64,000 nt of DNA from Raillietiella orientalis (Eukaryota), in contig JAYWIR010000067.1 in assembly GCA_036172245.1 (NCBI GenBank), positions 372,001 to 436,000 on the forward strand, read 5' to 3'. The position numbers were made by a program, and so were the translations under genes. This document shows, piece after piece, positions 23,620 through 34,800 of the stretch (positions are counted from its first letter, which is position 1; the number at the start of each line of letters is the position of its first letter). A model generated the notes under the pieces. It searched no databases, was not told where the DNA came from, and was given only the letters and a program-made list of their open reading frames with translations.

Positions 23620-26507
23620 AATGCTGCTGCTGCTGCTCCCCCCCCTCCTCCTCCAACTCCAACTCCTACTCCTCCCGCTGCTGCCGCCGAGACTGCAGAC
23701 ACCCATGACGACGACGACGACGAAGACGACGGAGGAGCAGCAGGAGGAAGAGGCGTCCAATACGACGACGAACCAGAGGACGACGAAGACGAAGACGACA
23801 CTGCCGTCGCCGTCCCAGCAGGGTTGATCGTCAGCGTGCGCGGCGTGCACGCAAGAGAGCACTGCGGCAACCTCGCAGCACCGCACGCACCCGGACGTCG
23901 AGGAAGCACGCCAGCCGACGACGACGACAACGAAGAAGAACACCCGACCGACACGGCGCCCAACGACGACGACGACAACGAAGAGCTGAAACAACGACCC
24001 GGCGAATACGCGCTCGCCGTGGACTTGCACAAACCCTGCAGGCTCGCCTCCCGCTGCAGCGTCACCGCCGAATCCTTGTACCCCTTGCTCAGCAGGTGCG
24101 ACGCAATCAGCTGCAGCAGCTCCTTCTCGTTGTACGTGATGCGCGTCTGCGCCACCACGTCCGCCTTGTGGATCGTCGACAGCGACACCTCGAACTCCCC
24201 GCCGCTCTTCTTCTTCTTCCCGGAGATCAGCTCCAGCAGCTCCAGAGCGAACTTGCAGAACTTCACGTGCTCCGCCCTCTTCTCCTGCAGGATCGGCTCC
24301 CGCATCAGGATCTGCAGCTGGCCCGTCGTGAACAGAGGCAGCTTCCCGATGATCTGCCGCACCGTCTCGCACCGCGCAAGACCCACCAGAGCGCGGCACG
24401 CCAGGCAGCGTAGCGCGTCCGCGTCCGTGATCGGCGTCTTCACCGTCAGCAGCTTCAGCAGCACCATGATCCCGTTGTTCGAACGCGCGCAGTTCCAGAT
24501 CTTCAGCAGCAGCTCGTCCGCCGAACGCCACATACCGTGCTTACGGATCACGCAACCCGCCGTCGTGAAGTGACCGATCACACCCTTCGAGATCTTCGAC
24601 GGCGCGCACACGCACATGATCAGCACGTTCAGCGCCGACTTCTGCACGTCCGCGTCCGCCACCACCTCCCCCACAGCCGCCCACAGCACGATGTTCAGCC
24701 CCACCGTAGAACTGTCGTCCGGAAGCTCCACCTTCTCGCACAGCTGCTCCTGCACGGACGGCATCACCGCGCACACGCACAGCACGTCCAGCGCGCTGCG
24801 CACCGTCTCCGCCCGACCGGAGTAGTTCCAGTCGTACGCCATCCCGATGATGCGCAGCAGCAGGCTCGTGCAGTTCAGACGAAGGAAAGACTCCACCGGC
24901 TGCCAACGCTTCTTGTGCGGAAGCAGCACCTGCACCAGGTGGATGTTCTCCTGCACGCCCTCCGGCGTGTACGTCATCGCCTTGTAGTTCGGCGTGCTCG
25001 GCTGCGGAGAGCCGCCCTGGTCCCTCACGTGCAGCCGCTGAAGCTGCTCCGACAGGATCATCAGGTGAGCCTCGAAGTAACGCTTCACCGCCACGCACAC
25101 GTGACGCACCGTCTGACGAGACGCGAACTCCTCGTCCTCGCTGATGAAGTCGTTCGGCTCGTCGCTGGACAGGATCAGCAGCGTGCTGACCACGTTGTAC
25201 AGCTTCCGAAGACCGTCCTGCTGGTCGAAGATCTCCAGGATCAAACGGAAACGGAACGACAGACCGAAGAACATCGTCGAGTGGCAGCGACCCGACTCGT
25301 GAGAGCACTCCAGCAGCCACAGCGCGTACTTCACCAGCTCGCCCACCACGTAGCGGGGAAGCACGCAGATGCGCTCCATCGCTTCCTCGCTGCACGCCAG
25401 GTAATACAGGCACATCGACACGCCCGTCGCCGCGATGCTCGGACGAGGAACCTCCAGCAGACGCTGCACACCGTTCACACCGATGAACTCCAGGCAAAAC
25501 TTCTTGTGGCACAGCAGCGCAGCCAGGTACTTCAGAGCCTCGAACGCCACGCGCACGTCGCGGTTCAGCTTCAGGTTGATGTACTTCAGGATCAGACCCA
25601 GCGCGTCGTACTCGAACACGTTGCCCAACAGCTCCTGGTATTCGCCCATCGGCGTCAGGTAGCGCAGCAGAAGGATCTGCTTCGTCGCCAGGGTCAGCGG
25701 GTGCACCTGGTACACCCCGATCACGTAGCTCTCCAGGTCCGCCCACGAAGAGTTGCTGCACTCGTTCGCACACGGAGCCAACTCTTCGCTCCTCTTGTAA
25801 CCGTTCGGCAGCAACGACTCCGAAAAACACTTCGACTGCCCCAACGACGACGACGACGACACCCCTGCCTCCGACGACGACGCCACCACCACCTCCGACG
25901 ACCACGCCGGACCTTCCTCGTCCGACCGCAGGAACTGAGCCTGAGCTTCGCGAATCCTCCGCAGCATCTGAGGCACCAGCAGAGCGTTCTGCTCGCGAAA
26001 GTTCGCAGCGATGTCTTGCACTTCCATCGCAGACGACAAAATACCCGCCGCGTAACTCGACAGCGGGTCCGACGTCCTCTCCGCCCAGTGGAACAGCTTC
26101 GTAATCAACCCTTCCGATTCCTTGAACACCACAGACGTTTCCAGACCCGGCATGATGTCCAGCAGCAGACGGCACGAACTCGTGTTGATCTCGCGGATCT
26201 CCTCGTGAGACAGGCGACACCACCCGCTGTCACGCATGTAGTCGTTCACCAGCTTGTTCATCAAGTTGTCCTTCTTGAACAGAGTCTTCAGCAGCAAGCC
26301 CAGAGTGCACTTCGGGTCTGCACGAGAAGGGTGCCTGTCGTCGAAAGGATCCGGATCCATCTTCAAGTAATTCTCCGTTTCCTGCTCCACCAACTCCGCC
26401 AACCGATTCAGCGTCTCCACGGGATTGAAGCTCGCGTCCCGATGCTGCTCTTCCCATTCTTTCAGAATCTCGCTCACCACGTCCGTCACCAGATCTGGTT
26501 CCTCCAT
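21942..26507 (-). CDS. DCAF1: DDB1- and CUL4-associated factor 1 (VprBP/Mahjong), single coding exon, 1521 aa
   Basis: Uninterrupted ORF with DPDPFDDRHP, ARM-like region (YLTPMGEYQE, ALLCHKKF), LisH (ELLQLIASHLLSKGYKDSAVTLQREA), HTLCKNPMVTCPQF, WD40 region (HKFDKLN...[22 protein letters not shown]) and an acidic tail. Acceptor-like site GGTTTCGTTTGGCCAG ending at 26528, 20 nt before the ATG, implies a spliced 5' leader. Confidence 0.97.
23587..23637. repeat. (GCT)11-AAT-(GCT)5 trinucleotide repeat encoding poly-Ala within DCAF1
   Basis: Directly visible; flanked by (GAC)n runs that encode poly-Ser (TCG) on the coding strand. Confidence 0.9.
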
Positions 26508-26862
26508 CGCTACACCCGATCGGATTCCTGGCCAAACGAAACCACAACCCCCCGTTAATCAAAGCAGCGAACCAACAAACGCAAGCGCCGCGTCCAGACC
26601 GGGAACGCACTCCGCCCGCGCCCCTCCCCAACCGACCACGCTCCCCTTCCCACTCCCTCCCTCCCTACGCTTCCCAACGCGCTCCCCACGAACACCTCAC
26701 TCGACACGAGCGGGCTCGCACACGACCTGCACCCCGACCGCCCAGCCAACTGCCCCTATGAAAACCCCATCCTCTACCCGCACGAAGAGGGCGCCTGCGT
26801 GTAGCAACCACCTACCTACCTCTCCGCTTCCCGTGCTCACCTCGTGTCCCCCACACACCTAT

Positions 26863-26882
26863 CTACCTACCTACCTACCTAC
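26863..26882. repeat. (CTAC)5 microsatellite
   Basis: Directly visible. Confidence 0.85.
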
Positions 26883-28161
26883 CTTCGGAAGAGCACTACT
26901 TTCGCTGGCACGTCCGGTGCACTCGGACAGGACCGCTTCCTGCATGCCTTCCCACAGTCAGTCCGACCCGCAATCTTCCTCCCCGTCGCCAAGGAGACGC
27001 ACCCTTTCTTTTCCCGACACGTCAAGTCCCGACCAAGCCCAACTGCAAACACCGGTCCCCCACGTTCGCGCGCAAAACGCCGCCGCCGCCACCACCACCG
27101 AGAAGTCCGCACAACGACTCGGCAACCAACCTCAAACCGAATCGAAACTCCAAACGAGGTCTCCGACGACGCGTCCGAGCCGCGCACCTTTCACCAACCA
27201 CCGACGGCAACCTTCGAGGGCTCCTTGGGCACCTGCTGCCTCCTTCATACTTCGCAAACAAACTTCCTTGCCCAGTCTGCGAAAAAGCGTCCTCAACAAC
27301 GCAAGCCACCACACCCACAGCAGGCAAATCCTTCCGCCTTCCATCCTGGCAGCCAGCCACCTCCGACCGCTCCATCCGAACGCACGTGCGCGCAGCCTTC
27401 GCACCCCATCGCCAGCTTGCGTCCCACCGCCTCGAGCAATCGCAGTGAACCCCAGCTCCCGAACAACATAAACAAGCCCCCCCCCCCCCCCTCTTCCGCG
27501 CATTCATACAGTCGCAACCAAGTTCGACTAGTTTGCTCCAACTACCGAAAGGCGTACGGTGGACAGCCCCCGGCAGCGGCTCGCATGGCCAACGTGTTGC
27601 GCCCACCCCGAACTGGCCCCTCATCCTTCAGGAGCCTCTCCGCAAGCACGAGAACGTCCACGTGCCCTCAACACACGCGTCGCGCCCTTTCCAGAGGCTC
27701 CCACGAGTGCTCCGTTTCCAACAACACGCAGCCAAAGCCACGCGCGGGCGCACAACCAATCTTCCGGAAACATCGCAGCCATCCGCATCCAACACACGAG
27801 GCGGGAAAAAAGCTTACTGTCAGCGCTACCTTTCCGCACTTGACCACCTCCATCCTACGCTCAAACGGTCATCTCTCCGTCCGTCACCAAACCTCGACCC
27901 ATGCCAAGTCATACGAGCACAGAGATCGCTCCCTTCGTCACCATTTCATCATCATATGTTCCCAGGCAAGTCACCTACTCGCCCCACCAACCTTCTTCCC
28001 TTTCCCCCCTTTACGAAACGGATGCCCACCCGTGAATGCAACCACGCCACGCACGTCTCCAAATTCCATTCTCCGATTCCCTCTTCAACCCATAGCTGCA
28101 CGCAGTTCACGTCGCTTCGCCGCTCGCCACTCTTGAACCAGAAAAAAATTACAGGCGAGAG

Positions 28162-28164
<3 letters not shown>

Positions 28165-28209
<45 letters not shown>
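28165..28209. repeat. (AC)22 microsatellite
   Basis: Directly visible. Confidence 0.95.
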
Positions 28210-28210
<1 letters not shown>

Positions 28211-31200
28211 TCAAGGGGAACACTGCCCGGCTGGAAAACCGTCCCAAATGTGCAGCACACACCTTCAAGAAACTCCACCCCTACCAAGAACACCATCTCT
28301 GATCTCTCGATGCACAAGCTCTCTCTGTATATCTTCTGTCAAAAAAACACACATTCAACCCCTGCCACACAATCGAACAAACACCTGTTTCCACACAACA
28401 GAGCACACAGCAATCTTGTGTACGCAGCCAGTCCAGACGTCCACCTTCCAGTGATTGCAAATCCCCTGCAAACTTGGCCCCAATTCTTTCACAAACGTGC
28501 AATCTCTTCCAGCCACCTTTGGATTTTCCTTCACTTCTTGTGCCACTCCCTTCTACAGCATTCTCCACACACACATCACCCACACACTCTGCTCCACGAA
28601 TTAGGTGGTTCAAAACGGGAGCTCATCTGCAAGCTCACAAGCTTTGCCAAGCATGCATCTTCAACCGTAAGTGCTCTGCCACCAATTTCACGAAAAAGCC
28701 AAACAGCAACATCTTCTCTGATCAACACCTTCCCGGCTCAAGCCTTTCCGTTCCACCTTCCTACAATGCAAAACCTCTCTGTCAAACAGCAAGCTGGGGC
28801 GCAACATGCACACAGCATGGTGTTGACCTTTCAAACTCAGCACCAACAACCTCTACTTGGGACTCTGGACGCAGAAGTGCAAAATTCCAGAACCAAGTCT
28901 GGTCCTTCCATTGGATCCTCAATTTCCCACCCCATGCAGCACACCACCAAAAGCCGAACCAACAAGGAGTACAAACAATCCTTGCATCCATGCAAAAAAG
29001 AAAAAAAAAAAAACCAACACCATTTCCTCATGTTGTTTGCTCCAAGAAAAACAAAAGACATTGCATCCCTATGCAAGGAAATGGGCTCTGCAAGTTTTGT
29101 GTGCATGGCCAAAATGCTTACTGCAAAAACAAACACCAAACTTTCCACCGTGCATGCTGCAATGCATTCCATTGCTCAGCTGCACATTTCCACAATTGCA
29201 AGCAGTCGATTCACCCAACCTCCAGCACCAACAACCCCCTCGCACTTCAATCCAAAATAAAACTCAAAAAACAACCATTTCTCTTCTGCTGCATCACGCA
29301 TGCACAGCATTCCCTTGCCTAAACACAACTGATCCTCTCTGCTTGCACTAGGCTCTGGCTTCCAAACACATTCTGCTTCCAGCAAAATGCCCTCTTTCCT
29401 TACTTCCTCACCCAGTACTTTCCTCTGAGCAAGCCCACGTTGCAATTTGCACCCAAGACCGACTACTGAAAAAGAAAAAACAGCTCCCTCTGCACACCTT
29501 CCGAGGCAATTTCGTTCTTCAAAGTGCTCCCAAGTCCCAACTAGACTGCACACACTTCCTACTCCTCCTGATTTGCTTCAAAAAGTGTCCCTACTCAAGC
29601 TTGGTGGTCCAGGCCTTGCAAGCTTCCAATCTTGCACGGTTCCCTGCATTACCTCCCACCAAAAACATGCAACCTCCACCTTATCCTGTTCTTCTCTTTA
29701 CATGCCTCCAGGCAGCCTTCCTTCTCCATTGCATGAGCCACACGGCAAACTCATCCCAAGAAACTGGTTGGCATCTCAATCCAATCCCCAATCTTCACAC
29801 CTCCACAACAAAAGCAATGAAAAACAACCAAAACTGGCAAACAACCAGCACTCCTTTCTTGCTCCACGTGCACATACATTCCCATACTGCCACTCTCTAC
29901 AAACTTTCTCAGCTGGCAACCGCTGAAAAAAGCATCCCAAACTCCTTTCCTTTCTACCCTCTCTGCAACAGCAGCGTTCTCGCATGCACTTTACCACATC
30001 CACACTTCCAAACCAACATCCAATTTGCAAAGTCCGTCCCAAAAACTCCTCACGGCTGCATGGCCACCGTTCCCCTAACACAAACTGCAGTCTTGGCAAA
30101 ACAGCAATGCAGCCCCACCATGCAAGCAAATCCACAGAGCCAACAACGCCACACCGACCAGCGTTTCTCCTTTCTCCCTCTCGACCCACCCCCCACACCG
30201 CTTGGACCACCCCTGCACAAAACGAGCGCGCAAACTCCAAGACGGCACGACGGACGTGCTGCAAAACGTTTCAGCCCCCAAACAAACAACCGAACGAGGC
30301 GAAACACAATTCACCTGGCGAAAACGCAACTTTTACAGCAACTTTTACATAGCAGTATTTTCTGAAACATGAATCCATACCTGGGGACCCAAGCTGCACA
30401 AATAACACATTTTTATCCTCGCACCAACTTCATCCACAATCCGCAGGACGAACCTATTCCACCTTTTCCTTTCGTAAGGGGGGGTCTCATTACCGAACGA
30501 ACCCAAAATCCACAATCACTGTGTGCCTCCGCTTACACGAAAGTGGGATTCGTCTCCGAATTTCGCAAGACGATGCTCGGCCGGTTGCTCAGCACATGGC
30601 ATCATTGGTGGCACTCATCGTCGGCAGTTCAGTCAGCCACAGGCAGACGCACGTGTTCGCCACAGCGCAAAATCCAACCTACGCCACAATACTACCAACA
30701 CCGCCGCTCCGCGACCATTTAAGCTGCGCCGAACACGGCCGTTTCGAAAGGCGCTGCACGTCCGCCGACGGCTGCGGGGGTGCCACACTACTTTTGCTTT
30801 CTTGCTGGGGTGCACTCCCTTTTCACCGGACATCGCTCCCCACACGCACGAAGCAAGCAAAAAGGCAACCGCTCTCTCTCCCGTTCGGCACGCGCCTCCC
30901 GCATGGCGCATCGCCATCGCAACCTTTCTTTTTCTCCACTGCTCCGGTGCGAGCAAACAGCACCTACGATTCCCATGCATGAGTTTGCGCCAGTGCACCC
31001 CACCTTCCATTCAGGAAAAGCAGGCTGCCATTCACCCGCTGCCTCACTCACATGCAAACCCTTTCCCGCGTTGACGCCAGCGATTTCGCACGCCCACCAC
31101 CGTGCAGCCCACGAGACGGGAGAATGCACCTTCTACTTGCACTCATGTCGCCATTGCCTGCCCGACACCTACAACTTGGCAAGCCTTCGTCGGCCATTCG

Positions 31201-31849
31201 TCCATGCTTCTGCGGGACGCAGCATGAGGCTTCGCTCAAACAAGCACGACGTCCATTCCGGGCAGTCATGTTCCCAACAGCAAAAGAACTCCTCCTTCCA
31301 CCGCTCCCAGCATCTTTTCGCGTTGCGCGCCGCGGATTTTCTCATCTCTGCAGTGCCTTTTGCCTGACGTCAGTCCCAAGAGAATCTTTGCATTCCCAAT
31401 CTTCGAATTCCTCCCGTACCACGCGCGTCCGCTATCCGGAATGTTTTCTCGCTTTCCTGCCCCTTCTCTTCCTTGTTCCACCTTCTCGTACGCAAACGTA
31501 GTGTCGTACGAAGCAGTCTCTCCTTCGGTTTTTTCGAAACGCAGTTGCCCATTTCTCTCGGCCCGAGGCTTACTTTCCGCGGAGCAATCTCTTTTTCGCG
31601 TGCCGAACTCGCAAAGTCGAACAGCAGGCGGCACTCATAGCAAACGCTTGGTGACCGACTGCGGGTTACTTTCCCGGCTTCCGAACGGATGCATGCATCA
31701 AGCTTCGGAGGGTGGGTTCTTCTTCTGGTTTGTCTGCGGAAAGCAAGCGCAACCAATGCGATTCTCGCTCTGTAACGTGCTTCTTCCTGATGCACTCGTG
31801 TGCTGCCTGCCACCCCCACCCCCACCCTGTCGCTGCTGCGCTGGCTTTC

Positions 31850-32755
31850 CTAAAGGTAGATCTGGACACCGATGTTGCGGCAAGGTGGGAGGTTACAGTT
31901 ACCTCTCCGGGAAGGAGAACTAGCAAGGAGAGTGGAAGACGGGTCAGCTAACAGACGCTGCGACCCCGAGTACGCCTCCCCATGGACTTGTGCGCTGAGG
32001 CGCGCTGCTCCATGTTCCGACTGAGCATCTCAAGTGGCCCCCGGTGCTCATGAACACCTCCACCCTCGCCTTAAAATGGCAGGAGTCGGCTCTACTGTTG
32101 CAGCACTTTGGACTCCGCTGCAACGCCTGCCGACACCACTGGACCTGAGGAGCGGTTAACCCCAATTGCTTTAGGTGTGGCGAACCGGAGTCCCTCCCCC
32201 ACCTCCTTGTGGATTCGGTTGCCCTTCGGCCCCTTTGGCTACGCTTTGCCGCGGCCATAGGAATCCCCTGCGGCAACCCCAGGGACGCAGGGAAAGCCCT
32301 CTTCGTTTCCGACGCCCTTCGACCTGTGGCCTCGTCAGCAGCCCTGTGCTGCCTTCGCGGGATCGTCGCCGCTTGGAGCAAGGCAGCGGGAGGACCTCGC
32401 GATAAGGGTGCCATCCAGAGCACCGCCGAATTTTTGGAAAGGACGACGCGATGGCCCCACCTGGATCCACAAATGCAGACAGAGCTTGCCGCCATCCTGC
32501 GAGGGATGCAGCGGCCCCAGCAGCAACAGTGATGCCTTCCCGCACCCTCCCACCTTTTCTTTTCCTTTTGATTCGTTTTTTTTCTTTCCTTGTCCCTCCC
32601 CTCCCCCTGCTGCCGTGGTGGACCGTACCGGTCTGCGAACCGGTGACCCGGCAGGCTCTGTATTGTTTCTCCGGGCGTGGCTGGATCACTGGGCCAGCCA
32701 CAGCGCGTGTTCGAGTTTGTTTGAAATAAACGCCCCGGAGACCCGGGTGAAAATC
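31850..32755 (+). mobile_element. 5'-truncated LINE with intact 3' end
   Basis: KWQESALLLQHFGL...NCFRCGEPESLPHLL (ORF2 zinc-finger region), ORF2 stop at 32532, T-rich UTR, structured module 32610-32654, then AATAAA-CGCCCCGGAGACCCGGGTGAAAATC ending at 32755. Confidence 0.85.
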
Positions 32756-33699
32756 GTGTGCTGCCTGCGCGTCTGCGTTTCCTCATGCTCGAGAGGATCG
32801 TTTCGCCACTTGCGCTCATCCCGCCAATTTCCGGTGCCATTTTCCGAGTGGGGTGTACGAAGCGTCTAGGAGCTGAACTCGTCCTGCTGACGCCACCGCC
32901 TCCACGAGTTCGCTGGCATCCACTCTGCGGAGTGGTTGTCTTCATGAGCACGAGTTCAGCCGCCGTGCCGTTCAGCCGCAGTTGCGCAAGTACGGTAGCG
33001 CAGCATGCGTGCAGGAGCCTCCGGTGCTCGCGGTCCTTGGCACCCTTCATCGAATCGCGTGCCCCCCAATCCCCTACCGTCAACAACCTTTGGACCTTTG
33101 ATGGCATTCTTCTTGTCGGGCAGAGAGTTCTTTCCCTGAGGCGATTTCTTCACGTGGCTTGCGAAGGGCGTGCTCGGTCCTGCCAGAGAACTCGTTGCGA
33201 CTGGTTCGCTGTCCAGAGTGGATCCGGCAAAGCTCTCCCTCTCGCTTCGCGTTCGCCCCCGGTTTGCGTGCTTCGCTCCTCTCCCGAGAGCTGGCTCCCG
33301 GGAACGGCTCGCTGCTCACATGCGCAGCAACCTGCTTGTCGGGGAACGTTGCAACATCGGATCCGACGTCGCACCGGCTCGCCTCGTCTTTATTCCTTTT
33401 TTCCTCGGAACTGCTATCCAGACGGTCACTCCCTGCTACTTTGCTCTTTCTCTTGCCTCAACTCTCCCGGACCGAACCTTCCTCTTCCAGGGATGTTTCG
33501 TTGGCGGGTGGAGATCCGCATCCTGAGTCTCGGAAGTCCGCTGACCTCAAGGATATCCCGCTGAATCCAGGCTGTTCCCTTTCCGTCTCCCCAGGAAAGG
33601 GTGACCCCGAGTAGACCGGGATCTCGCAAGGAATCCCCGCAGGAGGAGAGGCGCCGGTGGCCAGCGTCCTTCCACCTCACTCCTCCTGGAAACGAGGCT

Positions 33700-34800
33700 C
33701 GCTGGAAGGCAGCTGCGTGACAGGCAATTCCAAGATGGACCGTGGATCCGCTGCGGACTCAGCGTAGCCTCCAAGTCCGTTGCGCAGTGGATGGAAGACA
33801 GCAGGCGGAAGCTGCTCACCGTCATTCTCTTCCAACCGGAACGGGTCGTGCACATGCAGACACCCTGCTGGTAGCAGCGCAGCCCGCCGTACCATGGGGC
33901 TTGGCTTGGCTCCAGTTTCTGATGCGTTCACACCAGCTAGCCGCACGGTGCCAGGCCTCCTCCAGCACCGCCTCTGGAGCAGTCCAGTTCAACAGGCACG
34001 GAGGAGATTTCTTTGGGACAACAGACAGCCGTCGGTTACCGTTCCTGCGACTGGAAACGCTCCGAGCATGGTGCTGTCCGGCAGCAGAAGGAAAACGGAA
34101 GGCCCTCCGGTGCGGTTGTTGCCTTCCGAGCCAGGGAAAGTTCCTGTGGATGCTGCAGCTGCATCCGGCCTCCCGCGGCGGCGACGATTGAAATGGCGGT
34201 GCTGGACAGCGGGTCGGGTGAAGAGGACGCTTGCTTGGTGCCCATTCCGAGACCTGGCGGAGGCGGAGTGGCCTCCAGCTTAGTGCGGGGAAAGGGACAA
34301 AGGGAGCGTTTCCCCCTGTGTCTATCGTCCCGTGGATAGGAGGGATGGCACAACCTCCTGCTGGCTTCACTCCGCCTTTTTTCGGTCGTGCTGAGGTCTC
34401 ACTCGGGAAGCGCTGGCAGCGTCTGTTCTCTCCGTGCTCTGCTTCATCCCGCGATCGAAGGATCACCATCGTTTCAGGACTCCACTTTCCTGCGAGCCTT
34501 GCGTTGCTGGCCACTGGGAGAGGTTGGAAAGGGAGAGGGGGAGCTGTCAACTCAATGGCTTGGCGCATTCTCCGACCTAGTTGTCTCCCAGACAGTGGCA
34601 GCTTGTGGCATAGTGTTCTGCAGGGAACGGCGCTGTGCGGGAGCACTTGAGCTCCTCAGAGCCAAGCCTGATCCTTTCGGCCTCTGTCTCAGTGATGCTG
34701 GCAAGTGGTTCTTTCGTTCTCGGATCGTTGCACGCTCTCTTGCAGGGATTGCCCATTGGGATCTTCTGTAGCCATGACCTAGGATCAGACTGGGAAGCCC
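33700..34800 (+). mobile_element. Probable decayed LINE ORF2 segment (post-RT region)
   Basis: GC-rich and frameshifted; LETLRAWCCPAAEGKRKALR resembles RLRKWSCISPILRKGRML that follows the RT motifs at about 4470. Weak similarity only. Confidence 0.35.

Noticed and set aside
18008..26558. Long + strand ORFs (486, 430, 664, 338, 673 aa) and alternative-frame minus ORFs
   Set aside because: Shadows of APC5 and DCAF1 caused by extreme GC3 and stop-codon depletion; low-complexity translations with no recognisable domains.
26425..31500. Long + strand ORFs upstream of DCAF1 (348, 430, 575, 282, 254 aa)
   Set aside because: P/H/T/S/Q-rich products expected from C/A-skewed, TA-poor DNA; one reads through the (AC)22 repeat; no domain motifs.
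32731..32755. tRNA/B-box-like look of GGAGACCCGGGTGAAAATC
   Set aside because: No GTTCGA T-loop and no cloverleaf; better explained as the LINE terminal hairpin.
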